Assembly (NCBI GenBank): GCA_002281775.1
Contig: NCGY01000003.1
Location: 112,696 to 176,695, forward strand
DNA length: 64,000 bases
Direction of reading: 5' to 3'
From: Hydrogenophilales bacterium 16-64-46
GTDB taxonomy: Bacteria > Pseudomonadota > Gammaproteobacteria > Burkholderiales > Thiobacillaceae
Part shown: positions 42,582 through 53,200 of the stretch, in pieces
Layout of the letters: each line of letters opens with the position of its first letter
How positions within the stretch are numbered: the first letter of the stretch is position 1
Program-made: the position numbers and the translations under genes
The notes under the pieces: generated by a model
The model's database searches: none
What the model saw: only the letters and a program-made list of their open reading frames with translations
Told to the model about the DNA's origin: nothing

Positions 42582-43670
42582 ATGCAAAGACGAGATTTTC
42601 TGACTGCCGGTGCAGGCGTCGCCGCAATGCTGCCGCTGGCCGCCCAGGGCGCGCCAGAATCATTGATGCAACTGCCGGCCATTCGCTGGCGGCTGGCATC
42701 CAGCTTTCCCAAGAGTCTCGACACCATCTACGGTGCGGCCGAGACGCTGTCCAGACGCGTGGCCGCGCTCACGGGCGGCAAGTTCCAGATTCGCGTCTTC
42801 GCCGGCGGTGAGCTCGTGCCCGGCCTGCAGGTGCTCGATGCAGTCGGCAACGGCACGGCCGAATGCGGTCACTCGGCTGGCTACTACTACGTCGGCAAGA
42901 ACCTCGCGCTGGCCTTCGACACCGCCGTGCCGTTTGGCCTGACGGCGCGCCAGCAGAACGCCTGGATGTATGCTGGCGGCGGCATCGAAGCGCTACGCAC
43001 ACTCTACGCAAAGTACAAGGTCGTGCAATTCCCCGGCGGCAACACCGGCACCCAGATGGGCGGCTGGTTCAGGAAGCCCATCAAGTCGCTGGCCGACCTG
43101 CGCGGCCTGAAAATGCGCATTCCCGGCATCGGCGGCAAGATCATGGCCAAACTCGGTGCCGTGCCGCAGACCCTGCCCGGCGGCGACATCTACCCCGCGC
43201 TCGAACGCGGCGCGCTCGACGCCGCCGAATGGGTGGGGCCCTACGACGACGAGAAACTGGGCTTCCACAAGATCGCCAAGCACTATTACTACCCCGGCTG
43301 GTGGGAAGGCGGGCCGCAGCTCTCCTTCTACGTCAACCAGGCGGCCTGGAAAGGCCTGCCGGAGCTGTATCGTCAGGCCTTCGAAGTGGCCACCGCCGAA
43401 GCCAACCAGCTGATGCTTGCGCAGTACGACGCCAAGAACCCGCCCGCGCTCCTGCGCCTGGTGGGGCAGGGCGTGCAGCTGCACCCATACCCCAAGGACG
43501 TGATGCTCGCCGCGCGCCGCGCCACCTTCATGCTTTACGAAGAAGAGGCGAAAATAAACCCCGACTTCGCCGCCATCTACCGGCCGTGGAAAGCCTTCCG
43601 CGACACTGAATTCCAGTGGTTCAAGGTCAACGAAGCGGCCTATGCCAATTTCAACTATTACGTCAAATAA
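42582..43670 (+). CDS. TRAP transporter solute-binding protein (DctP/TakP-like), Tat-exported
   Basis: MQRRDFL twin-arginine signal; GNTGTQMGGWFRK, LKMRIPG, DAAEWVGPYDD. Confidence 0.92.
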   Translation: MQRRDFLTAGAGVAAMLPLAAQGAPESLMQLPAIRWRLASSFPKSLDTIYGAAETLSRRVAALTGGKFQIRVFAGGELVPGLQVLDAVGNGTAECGHSAGYYYVGKNLALAFDTAVPFGLTARQQNAWMYAGGGIEALRTLYAKYKVVQFPGGNTGTQMGGWFRKPIKSLADLRGLKMRIPGIGGKIMAKLGAVPQTLPGGDIYPALERGALDAAEWVGPYDDEKLGFHKIAKHYYYPGWWEGGPQLSFYVNQAAWKGLPELYRQAFEVATAEANQLMLAQYDAKNPPALLRLVGQGVQLHPYPKDVMLAARRATFMLYEEEAKINPDFAAIYRPWKAFRDTEFQWFKVNEAAYANFNYYVK

Positions 43671-43685
43671 GCGAGGCGATCAGAC

Positions 43686-44312
43686 ATGAACCCACTCGAC
43701 CAGCTCATCACCACCTTCGACCTGGGCCTGCGCACCGTCTTCGCCACGCCGCACGCCAGCCGACCCTATCCCGCGGCCGCCGCGCCTGAAGCCGAGATGA
43801 GCGAAGCCGACAAGGCTCGTGCCGCCGCCCTCATGCGCGTCAACCACGTCGGCGAAGTCTGTGCCCAGGCGCTCTACGCCGGCCAGGCGCTCACCACCCG
43901 GAATGAAAAAGTGCGTGCCGCACTCGAACACGCTGCGCGCGAGGAAACCGACCACCTTGCCTGGTGCGAGACGCGCATCAACGAACTGGGCGGTCGCAAG
44001 AGTCTGCTGAATCCCTTGTGGTTCGGCGGCGCATTCGGCATGGGCGCAGTCGCCGGCCTATTCGGCGACAAATGGAACCTCGGCTTCCTCGCTGAAACCG
44101 AACGCCAGGTCGAAGCCCACCTCGACGGCCACCTGCAGTCGCTCCCCGAAGCCGACGTCAGGAGCCGTGCTATCGTCGAGCAGATGAAAACCGACGAAGC
44201 TCAGCACGCCCAGACCGCCGTCGACCACGGCGGTGCGCCGCTGCCTGCGCCCGTGAAGTTGGCGATGCGCTTTGCGGCGGATGTGATGCGGCAGACGGCG
44301 AGCCGGGTCTGA
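43686..44312 (+). CDS. coq7: Demethoxyubiquinone hydroxylase
   Basis: [40 protein letters not shown]. Confidence 0.95.
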   Translation: MNPLDQLITTFDLGLRTVFATPHASRPYPAAAAPEAEMSEADKARAAALMRVNHVGEVCAQALYAGQALTTRNEKVRAALEHAAREETDHLAWCETRINELGGRKSLLNPLWFGGAFGMGAVAGLFGDKWNLGFLAETERQVEAHLDGHLQSLPEADVRSRAIVEQMKTDEAQHAQTAVDHGGAPLPAPVKLAMRFAADVMRQTASRV

Positions 44313-44452
44313 CTCCGCGCTTGAGTCAGGCTGCATTATTCATGCAGGCAGATTAATCCCCCATTCCCGCGCATCGGCCTATGATCAGGCCGTGCTGCCC
44401 GGGGAAGGTATCCGGATCCGGCACTTCCACAGCCATTGCAAGGAGAATCCCC

Positions 44453-44581
44453 ATGGCAAAAGGCCAGGTACGCGGCAACAAGGAAGCGAAGAAACCCAAG
44501 AAGCCGAAACAAGTGGTCGTTCCGGTGGGCGCATTCATCACGCCGGTGAAGGCCGGCAATCCGGTAAAAGTCCGGCATTGA
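44453..44581 (+). CDS. Small basic protein, 42 aa
   Basis: AAGGAG site then MAKGQVRGNKEAKKPKKPK... Confidence 0.6.
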   Translation: MAKGQVRGNKEAKKPKKPKQVVVPVGAFITPVKAGNPVKVRH

Positions 44582-44661
44582 TCGCTCCAAACCAAAGCAG
44601 ACTCGATCTTCGGAGAATCAAAGGTTCCAGGCTCGAAATTAAATTCACGCAAGTACCGCGT

Positions 44662-44938
44662 TCAGGCCGCAGCCCGTTCCGACCAGGGCATGATCTTGTC
44701 CAGCGCCTTGCTGGTTTCGAGCTGTGCTTTTTCCATGTCGTAATGCGACTGGAGGTTGAGCCAGGACTGCGCATCGGTCCCGAAAAACCGGGCTAGGCGC
44801 AGTGCGGTATCGGCGCTGATGCCGCGCTTGCCGTGAACGATTTCGTTGATGCGGCGGGGTGGCACGCCAATTTCGATGGCTAGCCGGTACTGGCTCAGGC
44901 CCATCGGTTTGAGCCAATCTTCCAGCAGGATTTCGCCT
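44662..44938 (-). pseudogene. higA: HigA antitoxin, 5'-truncated
   Basis: GEILLEDWLKPMGLSQYRLA...GKRGISADTALRLARFFG; native start missing, only an internal Met at 44904. Confidence 0.8.
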
Positions 44939-45175
44939 GTGCCATTCGAAGCACAAGCGCCATTGATCGTTGATGCGTATGCTCCATTGCCCCTTGCGGT
45001 CGCCTTTCAGGGCTTCAAGCTGGTTTTGCGGCGGAATCCTCAGAAACGCGAGATCGGTTGCCGCGTGCAATTGCTTGAGCTTGCGCCGCGCGGCCTGTTC
45101 GAAATTGACAAAGCGTGTCACGTGCCGGTTCTCGAACAAGGCCTGGGTGTCCTTGCACTTGAAGGATTCGATCAT
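44939..45175 (-). pseudogene. higB: HigB toxin, 3'-truncated and reading on through higA out of frame
   Basis: MIESFKCK...LEALKGDRKGQWSIRINDQWRLCFEW, then the usual ...EIVDYH end is absent. Confidence 0.8.
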
Positions 45176-45184
45176 GCCGAATGT

Positions 45185-45199
45185 TAACGCTGTGCGTTA
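45185..45199. promoter_or_regulatory. Candidate HigA operator
   Basis: TAACGC-N3-GCGTTA just upstream of higB. Confidence 0.55.
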
Positions 45200-45280
45200 T
45201 GGGCGGCAACTATGCAAATCACGACGCAAGAACAGGCCGACAGGAGATGGCGCTGAGATGCCCGGCAAGACCGTGTGAGT

Positions 45281-46978
45281 TTACTGGGATGCTTTCACCC
45301 ACGAATCCTTCAATGTCACCGTCCGGTTGAACACCGGCGCACCCGGCTTGGTATCGACGCGATCCGCAACAAAATAGCCATGCCTTTCGAACTGGAACGA
45401 CTGCTCGGGCGCGGCGTCCTTCAGCCCCGGCTCCAACTGCGCGCGGATCACTTTCACCGAATCGGCGTTGAGGTCCAGCAGAAAATCGCTGCTTTCTCCA
45501 CCCGGCTGCGCGGTACTGAACAGGCGGTCGTACAGCCGCACTTCGGCTTCATACGCGTGCGCGGCGCTCACCCAGTGGATGTTGCCCTTGACCTTGACCG
45601 AGTCGGCCCCGGGGGTGCCGGACTTGGTGTCGGGCAGATAGTCGCAGTGCACGGCGGTGAGGGTGCCGTCGGCATCCTTGTCGCAGCCGGTGCACTTCAC
45701 CACATAGCCGTAGCGCAACCGCACCGAGTTGCCGGGGAATAGCCGGAAGTAACCTTTTGAAGGGGTTTCCATGAAGTCTTCGCGCTCGATCCACAGTTCT
45801 TTCGAAAACGGCACGGCGCGCTTGCCGAGGTCGGGCTGCTGCGGGTGGTTGGGGGCGAAGCACTCTTCGCTCTGGCCTTCGGGATAGTTGTCGATGATCA
45901 GTTTCACCGGGTCGAGCACGGCGATGCGGCGCAGGGCGGCGTCGTTCAACACATCGCGCTGGCAGGCTTCGAACACGCTGTAGTCGATCCAGCCATCGGA
46001 TTTCGACACGCCGATCTGGTCGGTGAAACGCTTGAAGCCTTCGGCCGTGTAGCCGCGGCGGCGCGCGCCGACCAGCGTCGGCAGACGCGGGTCATCCCAG
46101 CCGCTGACGTGCTTTTCGTCGACGAGCTGGATCAGCTTGCGCTTGGAGAGCACGACGTAGGTGAGGTTGAGCCGGGCGAACTCGATCTGCTGCGGCACCG
46201 GACGCGGAAAGAAGCCGCCGTCGGCGAGGGTGTCGAGCAGCCAGTCGTAGAACGGGCGCTGGTCTTCGAATTCCAGGGTGCAGATCGAGTGGGTGATGTG
46301 CTCGATCGCGTCTTCGATCGGGTGGGCGTAGGTGTACATCGGGTAGATGCACCATTTGTCGCCGGTGTTGTGGTGGTGCGCTCTTTTAATTCGATAAATC
46401 GCCGGGTCGCGCAGGTTGATGTTGGGCGAGGCCATGTCGATCTTGGCGCGCAGCACGTGCGCGCCGTCGGGGAATTCACCGGCGCGCATCCTGCGGAAGA
46501 GGTCGAGGTTTTCCTCGACGCTGCGGCTGCGGTACGGGCTGTCCTTGCCGGGTTCCGTCAGCGTGCCGCGATACGCGCGCATCTCGTCGGCCGACAGCGA
46601 ATCGACGTAGGCGTTGCCCGAGTTGATCAGGTACTCGGCGCAGGCGTACATGGTGTCGAAATAGTTCGACGCGAAGGAGAGGTGCGGTCCCCAGTCGAAC
46701 CCCAGCCACTTCACCGAATCAGTGATCGAATCGACGTATTCCTGCGATTCCTTTTCGGGGTTGGTGTCGTCAAAGCGCATGTGGCAGACGCCGCCGTAGT
46801 CGCGCGCCAGGCCGAAGTTGAGGAAGATCGACTTGGCGTGGCCCAGATGCAGGTAGCCGTTGGGTTCGGGGGGAAAGCGCGTTTCCACGCGGCCGCCCCA
46901 CTTACCGGCAGCGTTCTGCTCGTCGATGAGGTTGCGGATGAAGTTGGCGGCGGGGACGGGGGCTTCGGAGTGGGACAT
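45281..46978 (-). CDS. glnS: Glutamine--tRNA ligase
   Basis: RFPPEPNGYLHLGHAK, CTLEFED, LSKRKL, FQFERHGYF. Confidence 0.98.
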   Translation of the reverse strand: MSHSEAPVPAANFIRNLIDEQNAAGKWGGRVETRFPPEPNGYLHLGHAKSIFLNFGLARDYGGVCHMRFDDTNPEKESQEYVDSITDSVKWLGFDWGPHLSFASNYFDTMYACAEYLINSGNAYVDSLSADEMRAYRGTLTEPGKDSPYRSRSVEENLDLFRRMRAGEFPDGAHVLRAKIDMASPNINLRDPAIYRIKRAHHHNTGDKWCIYPMYTYAHPIEDAIEHITHSICTLEFEDQRPFYDWLLDTLADGGFFPRPVPQQIEFARLNLTYVVLSKRKLIQLVDEKHVSGWDDPRLPTLVGARRRGYTAEGFKRFTDQIGVSKSDGWIDYSVFEACQRDVLNDAALRRIAVLDPVKLIIDNYPEGQSEECFAPNHPQQPDLGKRAVPFSKELWIEREDFMETPSKGYFRLFPGNSVRLRYGYVVKCTGCDKDADGTLTAVHCDYLPDTKSGTPGADSVKVKGNIHWVSAAHAYEAEVRLYDRLFSTAQPGGESSDFLLDLNADSVKVIRAQLEPGLKDAAPEQSFQFERHGYFVADRVDTKPGAPVFNRTVTLKDSWVKASQ

Positions 46979-47012
46979 GAGGCGATGAAGTCGATGGGGA
47001 ATAAAAACAGGA

Positions 47013-47345
47013 TCAGCGTGGGTCGCCAAGCAGGCGATGCGCCAGCAGGGTCTGCATGTCGCGGCGGCCGTCGGCAATCACGAAAATCACGACGCGCTTG
47101 TCGATTATCCGGTAAATGAGACGGTACGGCTTGAAAAAGACCTGCCGGAACTCCCGGATGCCGAGTGCCAGGAGTTCGCGTGGAGGTGCGCCGCGTTCGG
47201 GAAACGTAGCCAGATCGTCGGCTACCTTGAGTAGCCGTTCCAGTACATGGTCGGCCTGCGCGGGCGAGTCGTGGTTGGCGATGTAGGCGTGCAGGGCTTC
47301 CAGATCGCGCTCGGCACCTGCGGTGAGCAGAACCTTCCAGCGCAT
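47013..47345 (-). CDS. RelE/ParE family toxin
   Basis: AERDLEAL...FPERG...GIREFRQVFFKPYRLIYRI. Confidence 0.88.
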   Translation of the reverse strand: MRWKVLLTAGAERDLEALHAYIANHDSPAQADHVLERLLKVADDLATFPERGAPPRELLALGIREFRQVFFKPYRLIYRIIDKRVVIFVIADGRRDMQTLLAHRLLGDPR

Positions 47346-47349
47346 GGCC

Positions 47350-47613
47350 CTATTTCTTGCGCAGACGTTCGACGACCTCGGAGAGCGGACGGGTTCTGCC
47401 GCCTTCAACGTCCTGATTGCCCAGCGCCAGCAGTTTCAGCAGGGCGAGCGTCTCCTGGGTTTCTTCGTAGCTGGCCACATCCTGGATGACTGCCCTGGCC
47501 TCGCCGTTCTGGGTGATGACCATGGGTTCGCGCAGTTCCGTGAGCTGGCTCAGGACCTCGGCGGCGTTGGCCTTGAGGTAGCTGATGGGTTTGACCTGGG
47601 TCGAGTAGCGCAT
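47350..47613 (-). CDS. Phd/YefM family antitoxin
   Basis: VKPISYLKANAAEVL...PMVITQNGEARAV; AGACT-N6-AGTCT palindrome at 47634-47649. Confidence 0.9.
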   Translation of the reverse strand: MRYSTQVKPISYLKANAAEVLSQLTELREPMVITQNGEARAVIQDVASYEETQETLALLKLLALGNQDVEGGRTRPLSEVVERLRKK

Positions 47614-47674
47614 GCGGGCCTCCTGAACAGATGAGACTGAATATAGTCTTTTATCAGTTATTCGACAACGGCGT

Positions 47675-48760
47675 TCAGGTGATGATGCCGCCGCCCAGGC
47701 ACACCGCGCCGTCGTACAGCACCACGGATTGCCCGGGCGTGACGGCCCACTGCGGGCTGTCGAAGAGGAGTTCCAGCGTGTCGTCGTAGAGCGTGCTGAT
47801 GTGGCAGGCGGCGTCATGCTGGCGGTAGCGCGTCTTGGCGGTGTAGGCGCGCTCGGGATCGGGCGCAACGCCGGCAATCCACGAGAGCTGGGCGGCACCG
47901 AGGCTCGTGCGCTGCAGCAGCGGATGGTCGTGGCCCTGCACGACGACGAGGGTGTTGCTGGCCATGTCTTTCGCCGCAACGAACCAGGGTTCGCCGTCGC
48001 CGTCCTTCTGTCCGCCGATGCCCAGGCCCTGCCGTTGCCCCAGCGTGTAGTACATCAGCCCCTGGTGCTGGCCGACGACGCGGCCTTCGGGGGTGGTCAT
48101 CTCGCCGGGGTCGCGCGGCAGGTAGCGTTCGAGAAATTCGCGGAAGTTGCGCTCGCCGATGAAGCAGATGCCGGTACTGTCCTTTTTCTTCGCGTTGGGC
48201 AGGCCGATTTTTTCCGCCAGCGCGCGCACCTCGGGTTTGGGCAGCGCGGCAAGCGGAAAGAGGGCAGGCGCGAGCTGCTGCTGGCTCAGGCGATAGAGGA
48301 AATAGCTCTGGTCCTTGTTGGCGTCGTCGGCTTTAAGCAGCGTGGCGCGGCCGGCGGCGTCCTGGCCCTTGCCGACGTAGTGGCCGGTGGCGATGAAATC
48401 CGCGCCGCGCGCCACCGCGTCTTCGAGGAAGGCCTTGAACTTGATCTCGCTGTTGCACAGCACGTCCGGATTCGGTGTGCGGCCGGCCTGGTATTCGGCG
48501 AGGAAGTAGCTGAACACGCGTTCCTTGTATTCCTTGGCGAAGTTCACCGCCTCGACTTCGATGCCGAGCACGTCCGCCACCGCGAGCACGTCGAGAAAAT
48601 CCTGGCGTGCGGTGCAGGCGTCGGTGCCGTCGTCGTCGTCCCAGTTCTTCATGAACACGCCGAGCACGTCGTAACCCTGCTGCTTGAGCAAGTAGGCGGC
48701 CACGGCGGAATCGACACCACCCGAGAGGCCGACGACGACTTTGGAGGCAAGGTGGGTCAT
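47675..48760 (-). CDS. mnmA: tRNA 2-thiouridylase MnmA
   Basis: [44 protein letters not shown]. Confidence 0.98.
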   Translation of the reverse strand: MTHLASKVVVGLSGGVDSAVAAYLLKQQGYDVLGVFMKNWDDDDGTDACTARQDFLDVLAVADVLGIEVEAVNFAKEYKERVFSYFLAEYQAGRTPNPDVLCNSEIKFKAFLEDAVARGADFIATGHYVGKGQDAAGRATLLKADDANKDQSYFLYRLSQQQLAPALFPLAALPKPEVRALAEKIGLPNAKKKDSTGICFIGERNFREFLERYLPRDPGEMTTPEGRVVGQHQGLMYYTLGQRQGLGIGGQKDGDGEPWFVAAKDMASNTLVVVQGHDHPLLQRTSLGAAQLSWIAGVAPDPERAYTAKTRYRQHDAACHISTLYDDTLELLFDSPQWAVTPGQSVVLYDGAVCLGGGIIT

Positions 48761-48819
48761 GCGTGTGGTGGTGTCAGGGGGTGCACTATGCAGGGGGTCT
48801 GGTCAAACGGTGTTGTGTT

Positions 48820-49215
48820 TCACAGCAGCCGGGCAGGCTGGCCCAGCCCATCCAGCAGCGCAACGGCCTTGCGGTCAAAAGACACGAAGGTTTCGCCGCC
48901 CAGCCAGTTGCCCTCGTAGGCAATCACACCGTCGGCGAAATCTCCGCCCGCATCGAGTGTCGCCAATCCGGCTTCCACGGCGGGCCGGTTCATCTCCACG
49001 TTACCCGCCGCCAGCAGCGCGCGGATTGCGCTCGCCGCGTCGCTTGCAGTCAAACCATACACCGAGCGCAGCACCCACACGAATTCGCACAGACAGGGCG
49101 TGGCCACCGCGATCAGTTCGGCTTCGGTCAGCGTATGTGCGGCCTGGGCGCCTTGAGCCGGATCGTCGTTGACCACCGCACGCACCAGCACATTGGTGTC
49201 GACGGTTACCCTCAT
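48820..49215 (-). CDS. PIN/VapC family toxin
   Basis: VDTNVLVR, LCEFVW, DFADGV, SFD. Confidence 0.9.
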   Translation of the reverse strand: MRVTVDTNVLVRAVVNDDPAQGAQAAHTLTEAELIAVATPCLCEFVWVLRSVYGLTASDAASAIRALLAAGNVEMNRPAVEAGLATLDAGGDFADGVIAYEGNWLGGETFVSFDRKAVALLDGLGQPARLL

Positions 49216-49481
49216 TCAGCGCCTTCGTTTTTGTCCAGCCCGGCCCAGCCCCGGGCGGCGGCGGCGTTCAGCTCCTCGATCGTGGCCACTTTATCCGAGC
49301 GGTCTGCCAGCAGGCCGATAAAACTGTTGATTGCGCCAGCAGGCCGCGCTGCCTTGAGTAGCCCCCTGCCATCGGGCAACAAATCCAGTTCGATTTTTTC
49401 GCCCGGCTTGATCCCCAGGTGTTGCAACACTTCTTTTCGAAAGGTCACTTGCCCCCGTGCCGTCACGGTCAATGTCGTCAT
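49212..49481 (-). CDS. AbrB/MazE/SpoVT-type antitoxin
   Basis: LTVTARGQVTFRKEVLQHLGIKPG; upstream TTGAAA-N17-TACATT with GTAAtGC-N6-GCcTTAC operator. Confidence 0.88.
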   Translation of the reverse strand: MTTLTVTARGQVTFRKEVLQHLGIKPGEKIELDLLPDGRGLLKAARPAGAINSFIGLLADRSDKVATIEELNAAAARGWAGLDKNEGAE

Positions 49482-49588
49482 GGTGAAATCCTTTTCTTCG
49501 ACCCGAATGACCCGAATGTAATGCAGATACGCCTTACTTTCAATGCCGGCGGTGATGGGGCGGTGAGGGCGGCGCGGAGGTTGCCGCG

Positions 49589-49927
49589 TCAAACGCCGAG
49601 CACGTGCTTCATCGCCGCGCGCACGGCGCGCGCGTCGGTCGGGGCAAGCTGGCCGAGCGTATTGCGGATGAGGCGGTTGTCGAGCGTGAAGAGCTTGAAG
49701 CGCAGCCGCGAGGGCGCAGGCAACCCGGCGGCGGCAAGATCGGCGAGCAGATGATCGTGCGGCCAGGGGGGATTGTCCGCCGAGGTGATCATCGCCAGCA
49801 CGCTGTGCCCGGCGGGGGTGTTGAACACCGTGGCGTCCGAGAGCACCAGCGCGGGGCGGTTTTTCGTCGCCGCGCGGTCGGTGAACGGAAACGGCACACG
49901 CACCACGGCAAAGCGCTCAAAGCTCAC
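49589..49927 (-). CDS. PemK/MazF family toxin
   Basis: VRVPFPFTDRAATKNRPALVLS, AMITS; GTG start overlaps antitoxin stop. Confidence 0.88.
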   Translation of the reverse strand: MSFERFAVVRVPFPFTDRAATKNRPALVLSDATVFNTPAGHSVLAMITSADNPPWPHDHLLADLAAAGLPAPSRLRFKLFTLDNRLIRNTLGQLAPTDARAVRAAMKHVLGV

Positions 49928-50147
49928 GGTAAGCCGCCTCGTCCGCGTCGCTCGACCATTCGGCCAGCGTGCCTTCCAGCGCGCGCAGGTATTCCAGGTC
50001 GAGCGGCGCGGCACGGCGCACGCGCGCCACGCCGTCATCGCCTACTTCCCACACAATGCTGTCGCCCGGCGACAGCCCGAGTGCTGCGCGCACCGACTGC
50101 GGAATCGTGGTTTGTCCCTTGCTGGTGATTTTGGCGAGCGCGTTCAT
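49917..50147 (-). CDS. AbrB/MazE/PrlF-type antitoxin
   Basis: KITSKGQTTIPQSVRAALGL; CCTTAC-T-GTAAGG palindrome at 50176-50188. Confidence 0.88.
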   Translation of the reverse strand: MNALAKITSKGQTTIPQSVRAALGLSPGDSIVWEVGDDGVARVRRAAPLDLEYLRALEGTLAEWSSDADEAAYREL

Positions 50148-50226
50148 GATGGCGTCCGGTAAGTTGTCATTGCTTCCTTACTGTAAGGCGATCTGGGCGG
50201 ACACGCAAGCCGCGCCCGTGGCTCCA

Positions 50227-53200
50227 TCACCCCGCCCGGTAGCGCCCGTCGGCCAAGCGCTGTGCCCGTCCAAAGTCCACCAGCGCATCGAGCAGCCCGG
50301 GCAGGGCTTTTTGCAGACCACGCGCCTTGTCGAAACCGGCAGCGAGTTCTGCAGGGGTTTGCGGCGCATCGCTGAGCAGGCGGGCGAGCGCGCCGAGCTG
50401 GTCGGGCAGTGCGGCGGGCCAGACAGGTTTGCGCGTGGCAACGGGCGCAATGGCGGGCGCGTCGGTGGCGGGCAGATCGAGTACGACGGTGGTATGAGCG
50501 GGTGCTTGGTACGCTGGGCGCAAAAAACGTACCTGGCCAGCGGCTTCTTCGGTGGCGCGCTCGGCGTTGAGGGCGACAAGACGTTCGAGCAGCGCGCTGT
50601 CGTCGGGCGCGTCGTCCCAGCCGTAGGCGGCCAGCACGGCGGCGTCGAGTTCGTCGTGCAGGGTGTTCAGCACGCCGACCAGGCCCTGCGTGTACACGGT
50701 TTTGTCTTTGGCGGTGAGCGGCTCGCCGGTTCGGAGTTTTTCCCGCACGTTGTACACGCCGGTGAGCGTCAGCTCCGGGTGCATGGCCTGCTGGCGCTTG
50801 CGGTGGGCGTCGAGGCGTTCGGCCAGGTCGCGGATCGTCGCCTGCTGGTCTGGGGTGGCGGCGGGGAAGGGGAATTTTTCGAAACACACGCCCTTGTTGT
50901 AGCGCGGGTCGTTACCAACTCCCAGCCGCCCACCCGCCGCCAGCGCCCAGGCAACATGCACGCGCGAGGACAGCACGCCCAGCATCCAGGCGTCGTCGTG
51001 GGCGATACAGACGAGCATGTTGTCGGGCGCGATGGCGGCGTCGAGAAACTGGAAGACGCGGTGTTTCGCGGTTTCGACGGTGGCGATGTAGCGCGGCAGG
51101 CCGGTGAACATTTTGCGGAGTTCGCGACGCGGCTCGCCAAACAGCCACCAGTTGTCGCGGTAGGTCGCGCGCTGGTTGTGATCGCGTTCGGGTTTCACGC
51201 GGTCTAAAAGCCATTGCCAGACGGTGGGGTACTGCGCGCGCAACGTGGCTTCATCGTAACCCCAGGCGTCGATGACGAGCACGCCGCGCGGTTTGTCGGT
51301 GATGTCGCGGCCGTTGCGGTAGGGGCGGATGAGTGCGGGCGCGGCCAGTTCAGCAGCCTCGTCGGGGGTGACGATGAAGCCCGCGCCGTGGAGTTTAAAA
51401 CCGGGCGAGCTGATGTTCCCGTTCGCCCGCAACGCCACCGCTGCCGCGACGTTGGCACCGACGCGCAAGTTCGCATGGATCGCGCCGCTGCGTTCGGCGA
51501 GTTCGACATCGATCTCGCCGTCCGTCCCCGGGGTTTCGCGGCTGACGGCGAGGAGCCGCCCGTCGCCCGCGCCGGGCGCGGCGACGGTCATCGCCACGCG
51601 CACGGCCGCGCCGTTGGCTTCGTCCACCCAGGGGTGGTCGGCAATGGCCCAGGCCAGGTGCAGCGCATCCAGATGCTGTTCCAGCACCCGTCGGTTGAAG
51701 GTTTGCGTGAGGCTGTTGGTGGTGATGAAGCCGAAGCGGCGAATTTTGTTTTCGCGCAGCAACCGCGCGGCGTGATCCCACCAGAACATGACGAGGTCGG
51801 CGGACTCGGGCACGCCCGGGTGCGTCTGCCGCAGGGCATCGACGTAACCGTCGCCGAGCGCCTGCCGCAGGGTGGACGCGCCGATGAAGGGCGGGTTGCC
51901 GACGACGAAGTCGGCAGCCGGCCAGACGGCGGCGTGCGGGTCGAGATAGCGCACGACGGCGGCGCGGGCGGATTCGTCGGGCACGGGCTTGCCGGTGACG
52001 GGGTGCGGTTTGAAGCTGACGCCGTCCCAGCGGGTGAGCGGCTGGCCGGCTTCATCCTGCACGGCTTCGATGCGGCGCCAGTCGAGCACGGCGTCGCGGC
52101 ATTCGATGTTTTTGAAATCGCGCAGCACCGGCGTGGGCGGCAGGGCGTGGCCACGGTTTCTGAAGTGCCATTGCAGATGGCCGATCCATAACACCAGCTC
52201 GGCCACCGCTGCGGCGCGCGGGTTGCGTTCCAGCCCCAGGAATTGATGCGGATCGACGGTGAGGCCTTCGGTGTCGAGTTCCTGTTGTTGCATGGTGCCG
52301 TCTTTGCTGGCCGCGCTTTGCAGCGCACCCAGCAGTTCGAGCACTTCGGCTTCGAGCCGTTTCAGGTGTTCCAGCGCCACGTAGAGAAAGTTGCCGGAAC
52401 CGCAGGCGGGGTCGAGCACGCGGGTGGCGCACAGGGTCTGGTGAAAGCCGCGCGCGAGTTTGAGCGCAGCGGCGGCGTCGCCCCGATCCATGAGCGCGAG
52501 CGCGGCGGTCTGCACGTTGAGCCAGTCGGCGCGCAGCGGTTCGACCAGCGTGGGCAGCACCAGGCGTTCGACATAGGCGCGCGGGGTGAAGTGCGCGCCC
52601 AGCGCGTGGCGCTCGGCGGGGTCGAGTGCGCGCTCGATGAGCGTGCCGAAAATGGCGGGTTCGACGTGCTTCCAGTCGGCGCGGGCGGCGGCGAGCAGGG
52701 TTTCGAGCTGGGGGCGGGTAAGTTCCAGCGCGACGGGAATCTTGAACAGCTTGCCGTTGAAGTGGGGAATGGTTTTGCGCAGCGCGACGGAATAGCCGCC
52801 GCTGTCCATTTTTTGCCAGAGTTCTTCGATGCTGGGCTTGAACGAGGCGGGCTCGACACAGGCGGCGACGACGATGTCGGTGAAGCCGCCGGCGGGCAAG
52901 AGGCCGACGTCTTCGGCAAACATGGTGAAGAGGCAGCGGGTGAGGAAACCGGCGACGGCGTGCGGTTCGTGATCGGCTTCGAGGCCGCGCGCGAGCTGGC
53001 CGAGATGCGCGGCGACTTCGCGGGTGACGCGGGCGGCGATGCGCGCGGGGTCGAGCGCGGCAGGCTCGGTGAAAACCCGTTTGAGTCGGTCGCGCACGGC
53101 GTCGTGCGCGAGGTCGGTGATGGCGATGCGATAGCTCGCCCGATCCGGAAAATATTCGTAGCTGCGGTCGTTGTCGCGGAATTGGGCGTAGAGCGCAATG

